Both the position numbers and the translations under genes were made by a program. From Candidatus Saccharimonadota bacterium (GTDB lineage: Bacteria; Patescibacteriota; Gracilibacteria; UBA4473), in assembly GCA_965228485.1 (NCBI GenBank), contig OZ245819.1, positions 300,001-332,000 of the forward strand: a DNA stretch of 32,000 bases, written 5' to 3'. Below the pieces are notes generated by a model. That model searched no databases. It was not told the origin of the DNA and worked only from the letters and a program-made list of their open reading frames with translations. Positions 1-7,154 of this stretch are shown here, one piece after another. Numbering within the stretch: position 1 is the first letter of the stretch; the number at the start of each line of letters is the position of its first letter.

Positions 1-1
1 G

Positions 2-571
2 TCGGGTCTTTATATTCGGGATATTGCGACCGCTTGTTTAGATTGTATTGCTAAAGGTGAAAAAGGAAAACGCTGTACTCCCAATCAAGCTAAAGCTCGG
101 CACGAGCTACTCGGAAAAACACTTCATGCTATGCAGTTTACCGATGGTGTACTTAGGTGTTCAGAAGGCGAAAATGACTCCCCTTGTGAACAAACCTGTC
201 AGAGATTTCATAGAGAGGTCTGGCAATGTGCTAATTTCCCCCATAACTGTCAGCCAGATTCATTGGATACTCGACAACAAGGAATTGTGAGAGATGTAAT
301 TAGGGCTCAGAGAGAAAATGTGGTGTGTGAAACACTCGCCATCCAAGCTCAAGAAACCTGTCATCGAAATGGAGGAATCGCTGGTAAAAAAACAGCATCA
401 GGAGTTGCAACAGTAGACAAAACCATAAGTAACGAGAAGACTTTACTTTCAGCACAAGAAAGCCTAAACAAATGTGGAAAATGTCCACATAAAGAAGCTT
501 GTAACTCACTCATAAATACCCTACGATCAAAAGCGGAAACAATTGCCTTAGCAGCAGACAATGATTGGTAA
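2..571 (+). CDS. Cys-rich hypothetical protein, N-terminus off the left edge; paralog of 813..1493
   Basis: Frame 2 is open from nt 2 (SGLYIRDIATACLDCIAKGEKGKRC...), so the listed 131..571 ORF is only the tail of a longer CDS. TAA stop at 569-571. 13 Cys in 189 visible aa. The C-terminal block HRNGGIAG...ESLNKCGKCPHKEAC aligns with DHGGITG...ESLANCGNCPHKSGC of the next gene. Confidence 0.6.
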   Translation, partial: SGLYIRDIATACLDCIAKGEKGKRCTPNQAKARHELLGKTLHAMQFTDGVLRCSEGENDSPCEQTCQRFHREVWQCANFPHNCQPDSLDTRQQGIVRDVIRAQRENVVCETLAIQAQETCHRNGGIAGKKTASGVATVDKTISNEKTLLSAQESLNKCGKCPHKEACNSLINTLRSKAETIALAADNDW

Positions 572-744
572 AATAATTGATGCATAGATCCCATGAGCAA
601 GAACCTTTTGAATCTGAAAAAGACTACTTACAAGAAAAGATAATAGACTCAGGGGGCTTCCAAGAAAATTCAAATAAAAACTTGCAACTAAGTTGCTTTT
701 CAATAAATTCCTGAGTGTTAACACTTTTAATAGGCATAAAAAAC

Positions 745-772
745 TTGACTTAGGCATGCCTAATCATAGAGT
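745..772 (+). promoter_or_regulatory. sigma70-like promoter candidate (TTGACT, 16 nt, TAGAGT) with an embedded perfect palindrome TAGGCATGCCTA
   Basis: TTGACT at 745-750 and TAGAGT at 767-772, about 40 nt upstream of the ATG at 813. The 12-nt perfect palindrome at 751-762 fills the spacer. An extra TAGGCAT half-site lies at 731-737. Confidence 0.35.
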
Positions 773-812
773 GGGAGCACTTACAAAAAATATTTTTTAA
801 ATTTTATAAAAA

Positions 813-1493
813 ATGGCTATCAAATCTCCTGATCAAGCGCTTTCGGAACTTAAACATCATCATGGACACGAACACAATCATGATAAGAAGTTCACTATTT
901 CATCTAAAGAAGCAACTTCTCAACTAGACACCGCAAAAGACTCTACGGACAAGATTGTTAATGTTTGGAGTGGAGCGAGGGCTAGAATTGTTGAGCTCAT
1001 CCCTGAACTAGGAGATACCTGTTTAGATCATCTAACTCACGGTTGTGGTGGATGTGAAAAAGCTGGAACGACTCGAGTAGTAGACGCACAAACTCAAAAA
1101 GAAGTAGTTATCGCTAATGCAAAAACACTAAAAGAGCAGTTTGTTAACATCGCTGCAGAAAAAGTAGCCACTCTTACTGCTGACGAACAAAAAGAAATTG
1201 CTCCAGCTATTGATGCCATTGCAAAACTACTAGATCAAATCTCTGTACTTCAAGAAGAAATCAACAAAGCTTGTGTTTGTTGTTGTGCTGATCACGGAGG
1301 AATTACTGGGAATCCTGTTTCAGGAGTCAAAGGCGTAAGTTCAAGTGGAAAAGATATGGCAGCACTAAATACAGCTAGAGAGTCTTTGGCAAACTGTGGA
1401 AATTGTCCTCATAAATCAGGATGCCAAAACCTTTTAAGTTCCTTAGCTGCTCAAATTAGACAATCTAGACCTGCAAGAAAAAGGAGTTTCTAA
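813..1493 (+). CDS. Cys/His-rich hypothetical protein (putative metal-binding)
   Basis: 226-aa ORF with ATG start and TAA stop. N-terminal His run HHHGHEHNH. 10 Cys, including HGCGGC, CVCCC and CGNCPHKSGC. The C-terminal ~60 aa is paralogous to the upstream partial CDS. No family recognised. Confidence 0.7.
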   Translation: MAIKSPDQALSELKHHHGHEHNHDKKFTISSKEATSQLDTAKDSTDKIVNVWSGARARIVELIPELGDTCLDHLTHGCGGCEKAGTTRVVDAQTQKEVVIANAKTLKEQFVNIAAEKVATLTADEQKEIAPAIDAIAKLLDQISVLQEEINKACVCCCADHGGITGNPVSGVKGVSSSGKDMAALNTARESLANCGNCPHKSGCQNLLSSLAAQIRQSRPARKRSF

Positions 1494-1503
1494 TGTTTAA
1501 AGA

Positions 1504-4500
1504 ATGCCTCCTAAAAACCCCGACAAAGATCCTTCTCTAGGCGGTTTGGATGCTTTAAAAAGCGCAATAGAAGCACCAGAGGGTGCTAGAAATTTGTTTG
1601 AAGAATATAAAAACAAAAAAGGAGAAAATATTCCTTTCGATTTGTTCTATGAAGAATTCTTACAGGATTTAGAGTATTATAATGATACAGAGGCTTTAAA
1701 TGAACTTAAGTCTGAAGAAGGGAAAAATTACCTAAAACAAGTACATGAAAACTTGATAGGAACAGAACAGTCCCCAGAAAAAAAAATTAATGAGTTCTAC
1801 GACAAAGAACTCCCTGATATCTATAAGAAACTAAAACAAGCAAAGTTTCCAAAACGAGTTGAATGGAACGATGTAGTTGATCATCTAAAATCTACAGGAA
1901 GAGAAGACTTCGCTAAAGAGTTAGACAATTCCCCTTTAAGCTATCAACTCTGGACTCGTTTCAGAAAAGAACAAATTGATCTTTTTAATACCTCTGAGAA
2001 CCAAGGTATAGATAAATTTTTAGCCAGTATTAGCATTGATTTGCTTGATGATAAAGACAAGGCTCTTGCAGCTTATCAAGCGGCAACAAAACTGACACGT
2101 AAAGAAAATGCCGATTACTTTCTAGCCAAACTTGAAGTTGCTAAAACATCATTTCGACAACAACAATCCAAAGACTACCGAGCCATAGCTCAGCGAGTTG
2201 GAGATTCAGCGATTGCGCAAGCGATGATCGCTTCTTTTGAATCCACAGCGACGCTAAAAGACCGAGATAAATATCTAAATTCGGATGACAAAGAAGGCAT
2301 CAAAACCAAGGTTGCTGAATATGCCCCTGTCATCGCTGAAATCAAAGAAACAACGACCCGGCTCGCCCCTCGACTGGAAAAATCTCCCGAGCTCAAAGCC
2401 AAGTTTGATCAAGAAGCTCAAAAGTATGACCGAGAAAAAAGAACTTATGATGCCAACTTCTACTCACCAAAAGACTACCTAAAATTTCTTGGTAAGATCA
2501 ACGAAGAGCTGGACAAGAAAGATCAAAAGATCGAAGAAGCCCGACAGAAAATCGAAGGTAAAACTTTCGACCAACTCCCGACTCTACCAGACGCTGATCT
2601 CACCTATGAACAATTTAAGGATGAGCTCAAAAAAGCTAATTTTTATGGGATTGATAAAGAGGTTAATGCTCTTCCCGAAGTTCGAGCAATAATCCGTCGC
2701 AAAAATGAAGCCCTACATGCTCAATGGCTAGAACATCGTGAAGCCGATATTCAGAAAGTCCTCTATATCGTAGAATCCAAAAGTTTCAACGATGTCCCTG
2801 ATCTTCCCAAAAAAGAACTCAACTACAACGAGTTCCGAGATGAACTCAAGAAACGAAACTTCTATCCACTCACACCTACTCAATTCAAAAATGAACGTAT
2901 CCGAGCCGCTGTTCAGAAAAAGAATCAAGAACTTCATGAGAAGTGGTTAACCGAAAGACAAAAAGTTCTCGACAAAGCCCGAGAACAAAAAGAAGCTGCC
3001 AAGCTTGATGCTTTCAAACGAATCGATCAGGCTCGGTTACCAAGTGATCTTCCTCCTGATCTTAATTTTAAGGACTTCTGTCAGGAGCTTCTCGACGTGA
3101 AAATTTATGATATTCCTCACGAAACTTATCAGATTCCCGAGATCAAAGAGGCTGCGATTGCCAAAACTGAAGCTCTCTTTTCAGAATACCAAGCCAATCA
3201 GAAATCTGAGAAAAAAGAAGCTCAAGAAGCAGTACCTCAAGAGATCATTAATCGGATAAATACCAAGAAGCTAAATCAGGTAAAGAACCTCCCTCCAACC
3301 GCACTAAAATACGAAAACTTCAAAGACCTTCTCAAAGCACAGAACTTCTATAAGCTGACTCCCGAGGAAAGTAAAAATCCTCATATCAGACGAGCCCTAA
3401 GACTCAAGAACCAAGCCCTACTTGATGAGCATAACCGACTCCAGGAAAACCGAGTCAAAAGCGCCCTTACTTCGATCAAGTCTCGTACAGGTGATGCCCT
3501 CAAAAAACTTACTCCTGAAGCCGCCGATTCTTACGAAGCTTTTCGTGATCAGCTAAAAGCACAGAAATTCTATGACTTAGATTCTGATCTTTTCGCGAAT
3601 GAAAATATCCGAAAAGCTATTCGAGCAAAAAACGAAGCCCTCTATAAAAAGTGGTCGACTCAACAGAAAAAAATCCAAGCTTCAGCGCTAGAGTCCGTCG
3701 ATAACGCCAACCACAAAGCCACCGTTGAAGCCATTGATACGTTCGGAGCTAAGACCGCAAAAGAAGCGGCGACTTTCGACAAGTATGAACAATTTGAAAA
3801 GCAATTTTTAACCGATCATCCAGAGACGAAAGCGCATTTCTTTGACCGACAAGGCTACAAAAACTTACTTCGATCATACTGGGCTGATTTACAACTAAAA
3901 GAAGACCAAGATGCTGACGCCGAAAGTTCTGAAATAGAAAACAAAGACGACGCTGAAAAGAAAAAAATCCCTGAACACTATCAGATTAAGTGGAACGAAC
4001 TCGATGAACGCCTCAATCCAAAAGATCAGGCAAAAGGGATTGATCGTTTTTCTCGATTGCTTGGACGTTCAGAAAGTGGGTTGCAGACCCTTATGCAAAA
4101 CTTTCATCAGCCGTTGGGAACTTTCTTGATTGAGACTTTGGCGACGATTCCGCAAGATCGTTTTGATCGACTTATGAGTGCTCTAAAAGATGTCCCATTA
4201 GAATCCAATAACAAAGGACAAGCCTCTGAGTGGCTCAAGACATTCTGTGAAACCATCGGGATTGGATTCCTGCAAAAAGAAACCTCTGTTGCCTTTAGTA
4301 ATTTGAAACAAAATTATCAAACCTACTTTGGAGCGAGTCTTTCTAAAGCCTGGGAAATCGACCTCCCAGAAGAACCGGTTGAAACGCCTGAAGATACCGA
4401 TGTTCCTGAAGTTGTATCAGAAACAACAGATGTTGATATAGACGAAGAACTCGCTGAAGATGACGTTGAAGGATCAGAGGAAGAAGACGAAATTGACATA

Positions 4501-5781
4501 GAAGTTCCAGAAGTAGATGAAGAAACGTTAGTCGATGAAGACGAAAGCCTCGTCGATGGCGGTGAAGCAATGGTTGATGAACTCATATCAACTCTAGAAA
4601 TTGAGGAGGACATTGATGTTCCAGAAATGGTCGATGATACGGAAGTAGACGTTCCCCCTGTAGAGGTAGATTCAATGATAGATGAAGTTGAGCTAGAGGT
4701 GGATACTGTTGAACCTCCAGAAACACTCGATTCAGATCAAATAGAAGCACCAGAAAACATAGACATTGAACCAGAATTGGAAGACGGTGAAGTAATCGAT
4801 GATATGATTGATGAGACTTTTGTAGATGATGAATCCCCTACTCTAGAAGCCGACAATGAAGGTGATGATGAAACAGTAGAAACAGAGATTGATGCCGATA
4901 GTCTAGATATAGTAGATAACACTACTGAAGAAAATACAGAAGGTAATGAAGATGACTTCTTTGGAGATATTGAAACTCTTATTGATGATCATGAAGTTAC
5001 CGATGTTCCCCCTGCCGAAGCAGATTCAGCTGATACAGAAGTTGAAGCCCCTGTAGATACTTTACCTGAGGAAATCCCAGAAGAAGACGAGACAAAAGCT
5101 GAAAAAGAAGTAGTTGAGACTGAAAGACCTGAGCCAAAACCTTCAAGCATAGAAAACGTAATACTCGCTCCAGTACAGCCAGAATCCCAAGAAGCGGAAA
5201 AAGTAGAAGCCATAAACCAATGGCAGGAATTTGTCCGAGTAAATACTCCAACCGAAGTTTTTGCCGAAGAACGCCCAGCTCCAGTAACCATCAATAAACA
5301 TGCCAAAATAAAAGACTGGAAGGAAGTGTCCGTGAATGAAAAAGGTGAAATCGAACTTCTCACCGATAACTCTCTCTGGGAACAATTGGAGAATCATCCG
5401 CTTCATCAACAACTACTTCGGATTCACCTGAAACAATTTTATGCGCTGAGTGATGAAGGCTTCCATTTCTATACGACGCTTTACCAAGAAATGTACTTTG
5501 GGTCTGAATATACCTCTGTGGGCAATCTCCTAGAGAAAATAAAAAGCTACTGCTTAGTGAGCTTTGGAGTCAATGTGAACATCGTACATTCTCCATACGA
5601 TAAACAAGAGATCACCAATAAAGAAGCCCAACAATTATTTGGAGAGGTTGTTGCTCGTCTTCACAGAACTCGAAACCTCCACTTTATTCGAATTGGTTTT
5701 GTGAATGGAAACTTAGTCGTTCAAACCGATAATAAAATTTGGAAATTCTTCGTTCAAATCGATGAAAGTCTAGCGGCTTAG
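1504..5781 (+). CDS. giant (1425 aa) hypothetical protein with five tandem ~73-aa domain repeats, a long D/E-rich tract and a C-terminal globular region
   Basis: Uninterrupted 4.3-kb ORF starting 10 nt after the previous stop. No signal peptide or TM segment seen. No known catalytic motif recognised. Confidence 0.85.
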   Translation: MPPKNPDKDPSLGGLDALKSAIEAPEGARNLFEEYKNKKGENIPFDLFYEEFLQDLEYYNDTEALNELKSEEGKNYLKQVHENLIGTEQSPEKKINEFYDKELPDIYKKLKQAKFPKRVEWNDVVDHLKSTGREDFAKELDNSPLSYQLWTRFRKEQIDLFNTSENQGIDKFLASISIDLLDDKDKALAAYQAATKLTRKENADYFLAKLEVAKTSFRQQQSKDYRAIAQRVGDSAIAQAMIASFESTATLKDRDKYLNSDDKEGIKTKVAEYAPVIAEIKETTTRLAPRLEKSPELKAKFDQEAQKYDREKRTYDANFYSPKDYLKFLGKINEELDKKDQKIEEARQKIEGKTFDQLPTLPDADLTYEQFKDELKKANFYGIDKEVNALPEVRAIIRRKNEALHAQWLEHREADIQKVLYIVESKSFNDVPDLPKKELNYNEFRDELKKRNFYPLTPTQFKNERIRAAVQKKNQELHEKWLTERQKVLDKAREQKEAAKLDAFKRIDQARLPSDLPPDLNFKDFCQELLDVKIYDIPHETYQIPEIKEAAIAKTEALFSEYQANQKSEKKEAQEAVPQEIINRINTKKLNQVKNLPPTALKYENFKDLLKAQNFYKLTPEESKNPHIRRALRLKNQALLDEHNRLQENRVKSALTSIKSRTGDALKKLTPEAADSYEAFRDQLKAQKFYDLDSDLFANENIRKAIRAKNEALYKKWSTQQKKIQASALESVDNANHKATVEAIDTFGAKTAKEAATFDKYEQFEKQFLTDHPETKAHFFDRQGYKNLLRSYWADLQLKEDQDADAESSEIENKDDAEKKKIPEHYQIKWNELDERLNPKDQAKGIDRFSRLLGRSESGLQTLMQNFHQPLGTFLIETLATIPQDRFDRLMSALKDVPLESNNKGQASEWLKTFCETIGIGFLQKETSVAFSNLKQNYQTYFGASLSKAWEIDLPEEPVETPEDTDVPEVVSETTDVDIDEELAEDDVEGSEEEDEIDIEVPEVDEETLVDEDESLVDGGEAMVDELISTLEIEEDIDVPEMVDDTEVDVPPVEVDSMIDEVELEVDTVEPPETLDSDQIEAPENIDIEPELEDGEVIDDMIDETFVDDESPTLEADNEGDDETVETEIDADSLDIVDNTTEENTEGNEDDFFGDIETLIDDHEVTDVPPAEADSADTEVEAPVDTLPEEIPEEDETKAEKEVVETERPEPKPSSIENVILAPVQPESQEAEKVEAINQWQEFVRVNTPTEVFAEERPAPVTINKHAKIKDWKEVSVNEKGEIELLTDNSLWEQLENHPLHQQLLRIHLKQFYALSDEGFHFYTTLYQEMYFGSEYTSVGNLLEKIKSYCLVSFGVNVNIVHSPYDKQEITNKEAQQLFGEVVARLHRTRNLHFIRIGFVNGNLVVQTDNKIWKFFVQIDESLAA
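2560..3666 (+). repeat. five in-frame tandem copies of a ~60-73-aa protein repeat (consensus about LPxLPxxxLxYxxFxDxLKxxxFYxLxxxxxxNxxIRxAxxxKNxxLxxxW)
   Basis: Copies start near 2560, 2779, 3025, 3265 and 3495. Examples are FDQLPTLPDADLTYEQFKDELKKANFYGIDKE...IRRKNEALHAQW and FNDVPDLPKKELNYNEFRDELKKRNFYPLTPT...VQKKNQELHEKW. They are divergent at the nucleotide level. Confidence 0.7.
4354..5130 (+). repeat. D/E-rich low-complexity acidic tract (~260 aa) inside the 1425-aa protein
   Basis: The translation is dominated by D, E, V, T and P with recurring (D/E)VP(E/P) motifs: DTDVPEVV, IEVPEVDEE, DIDVPEMVDD, VDVPPVEVD, VTDVPPAEAD. Confidence 0.7.
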
Positions 5782-5955
5782 AAAGTTCAATTGAAAAAGA
5801 TTTGCACACAAGACAAAACTTTTTAGAATCCTCTAGCTTCTTACCCCGAGTAAAGGCGGAGAGCGTTAGCGCGCCTTTATGAGGAAAAGGAGTTTAAGTG
5901 AGTTATGCGAAATTTTTCTTAAAATGGAGCTCAACGAACTACAAACGACACCGAC

Positions 5956-6045
5956 GGAGGGATGGCAGAGTGGTCGAATGCACTGGTCTTGAAAACCAGC
6001 AGGGCGGCAACGTCCTCCAGGGTTCGAATCCCTGTCCCTCCGCCA
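5956..6045 (+). tRNA. tRNA-Ser (anticodon UGA), type II with long variable arm, CCA encoded
   Basis: Acceptor GGAGGGA/TCCCTCC. Anticodon stem CTGGT/ACCAG with loop CTTGAAA (TGA). Variable arm GGGCG-gcaa-CGTCC. T arm CAGGG-TTCGAAT-CCCTG. Discriminator G plus CCA. Confidence 0.95.
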
Positions 6046-6052
6046 TTAAAAA

Positions 6053-6092
6053 ATCTGAGTAGCCCCAGCGGGGTTAGTCAGATCTTTTATTT
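6053..6092 (+). terminator. rho-independent terminator candidate for tRNA-Ser
   Basis: 14-bp stem with one G-G mismatch (ATCTGAGTAGCCCC-agc-GGGGTTAGTCAGAT), followed by CTTTTATTT. Confidence 0.6.
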
Positions 6093-6185
6093 GCACGAAG
6101 TGCAAGGTTCGAGCCAGACCAGGTTCGACCGAAAGCCCAAATCTTTGATTTGGTGCTGAAGGCTTCGGTGAAGACGAAGTCGAGC

Positions 6186-6220
6186 AAGAAGTATCCCTGT
6201 CCTGACTTCTTTTTTCTTTT
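6186..6220 (+). terminator. second hairpin plus T-tract whose loop carries a partial copy (ATCCCTGTCC) of the tRNA-Ser 3' half
   Basis: AAGAAGT-atccctgtcctg-ACTTCTT followed by TTTTCTTTT. Nucleotides 6193-6202 are identical to tRNA positions 6028-6037. Confidence 0.4.
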
Positions 6221-6257
6221 GGAAGAACGGGATTCTGAACCAGACTACGCGAAGCGC

Positions 6258-6277
6258 GGGTTCGATACGAAGTCACG
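6258..6277 (+). repeat. 20-nt direct repeat copy A (GGGTTCGATACGAAGTCACG)
   Basis: Matches 6385..6404 at 19 of 20 positions. Lies 26 nt upstream of the duplicated tRNA 3' end. Confidence 0.75.
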
Positions 6278-6302
6278 CTAAAAACTTTTCAAAAATTTAA
6301 GT

Positions 6303-6323
6303 AATCCCTGTCCCTCCGCCATT
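6303..6323 (+). repeat. 21-nt exact duplicate of the tRNA-Ser 3' end (AATCCCTGTCCCTCCGCCATT), att-like
   Basis: Identical to 6027..6047 (3' T-arm strand, acceptor 3' strand, CCA, plus 2 nt). No 5' tRNA half precedes it, so it is not a second tRNA gene. Confidence 0.85.
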
Positions 6324-6384
6324 TTAAGAAATTGGGCTTATGTCCGATTTTTTAAAATATTTGGAAAACATGAGAACCCAATTA

Positions 6385-6404
6385 GGGTTCGATACAAAGT
6401 CACG
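6385..6404 (+). repeat. 20-nt direct repeat copy B (GGGTTCGATACAAAGTCACG)
   Basis: Matches 6258..6277 at 19 of 20 positions. Lies 61 nt downstream of the duplicated tRNA 3' end. Confidence 0.75.
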
Positions 6405-6454
6405 AAAGTTAAAACTCCAAATTAGAATTGAAGAATCCCATCCTCTCTACCAGC

Positions 6455-6493
6455 AAAAAAGCGCTCAGAGTTATAACTCCAAACGCTTTTTTA
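6455..6493 (-). terminator. bidirectional hairpin terminator downstream of csp
   Basis: AAAAAGCG...GAGTTA/TAACTC...CGCTTTTT with an A-run on one side and a T-run on the other. It begins about 20 nt past the csp stop. Confidence 0.55.
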
Positions 6494-6513
6494 TTTCTTT
6501 GATGTTTAATGTT

Positions 6514-6705
6514 TTACACTAAATCAACATTGTCTGCCTTTGGACCTTTTTCAGATGTTCCCATTTCAAAAGTGACAACATCACCTTCATTGAGATCATC
6601 AAACGCGATGTTAAGGTCGTTAGCATGAAAGAATAGATCTTTTGCGCCTCCTTCAGGAGCAATAAATCCAAACCCATTAAGCTTCTTTTTAACAGTACCT
6701 TGCAT
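6514..6705 (-). CDS. csp: cold-shock domain protein (CspA family)
   Basis: 63 aa. GFGFI (RNP1-like) and FFHANDL (RNP2-like, usually VFVHxS) motifs. Ends [21 protein letters not shown], typical of CSD proteins. Confidence 0.9.
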   Translation of the reverse strand: MQGTVKKKLNGFGFIAPEGGAKDLFFHANDLNIAFDDLNEGDVVTFEMGTSEKGPKADNVDLV

Positions 6706-6860
6706 AGAGAGAATGATTAAAAAATATTTTCCACTAGTTAAATGTTCAGGAACATATTTTTACACAACTTCTAAAACGATATACCTATTGGAGATCAGAC
6801 TTTACACATGCCAAAGTAAAAAGCTAGTAATTTGTTTCGTTTTATTGAAAAAATTAAAAA

Positions 6861-7091
6861 CTACCGTTTATTCATACTGTCTAGAAACTTGTTCAGAGCT
6901 TTTTCGGCATGAACAATCATAGACAATGGTTTGTTGATGTAATGGATTGTTAGATCGGTAAGATCGTCAATCTTTTTCATCAATCGTGTTGCGATAATTA
7001 CCGTTCGAGTAATAACGATTGCTAAGATCAGGAATCCTGCCCCGAAGCAGAGCATCATAATTTCTTTGGCGTTTTCTAAAATGTAATCCAT
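6861..7091 (-). CDS. small single-pass membrane protein (DUF948-like architecture), hypothetical
   Basis: 76 aa. One N-terminal hydrophobic helix (MMLCFGAGFLILAIVITRTVIIA) followed by a helical tail. ATG start, TAG stop. Confidence 0.55.
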   Translation of the reverse strand: MDYILENAKEIMMLCFGAGFLILAIVITRTVIIATRLMKKIDDLTDLTIHYINKPLSMIVHAEKALNKFLDSMNKR

Positions 7092-7154
7092 GTTTTTTTA
7101 TTTTATCGCAATTTCAAATTTATTTCTAGGGCTTTTGTCTTAAAAAAGCAAATC

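Noticed and set aside
48-290. 80-aa ORF in frame 3 at the left edge.
   Set aside because: It overlaps the frame-2 CDS, which is open to the window edge and has a recognisable paralog. The frame-3 product has no features.
4323-5412. Several antisense ORFs (61-124 aa, Ser/Leu-rich) opposite the acidic tract of the 1425-aa gene.
   Set aside because: They are reverse-complement artefacts of GAx/GTx-rich codons: low complexity, no starts with supporting signals, and fully nested in a much longer ORF.
5887-6062. AAGGAG (5887-5892) followed 5 nt later by a GTG opening a ~55-codon frame.
   Set aside because: The frame reads straight through the tRNA-Ser gene and ends in its terminator. It is most likely a chance SD-like sequence in the tRNA leader.
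5962-6276. ORFs 5962..6159 (+) and 6046..6276 (-) from the ORF track.
   Set aside because: The first overlaps the tRNA-Ser gene itself. The second runs antisense through the non-coding scar region just downstream of the tRNA. Neither has coding-like composition or motifs.
6046-6323. Possible tmRNA, SRP RNA or second tRNA, prompted by multiple GGTTCGA T-loop-like motifs and a second ...TCCCTCCGCCA end.
   Set aside because: No 5' GGAGGGA partner exists for the second acceptor strand. The T-loop-like motifs lack complementary stems. There is no G3:U70 pair or tag-peptide frame for a tmRNA, and no GGAA-tetraloop helix-8 motif for SRP. I report it instead as a repeat/att-like scar.
6340-6522. 60-aa ORF between the tRNA scar region and csp.
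   Set aside because: It spans one of the 20-nt direct repeats and the csp terminator hairpin, has low-complexity basic sequence and no RBS, so it is probably non-coding.
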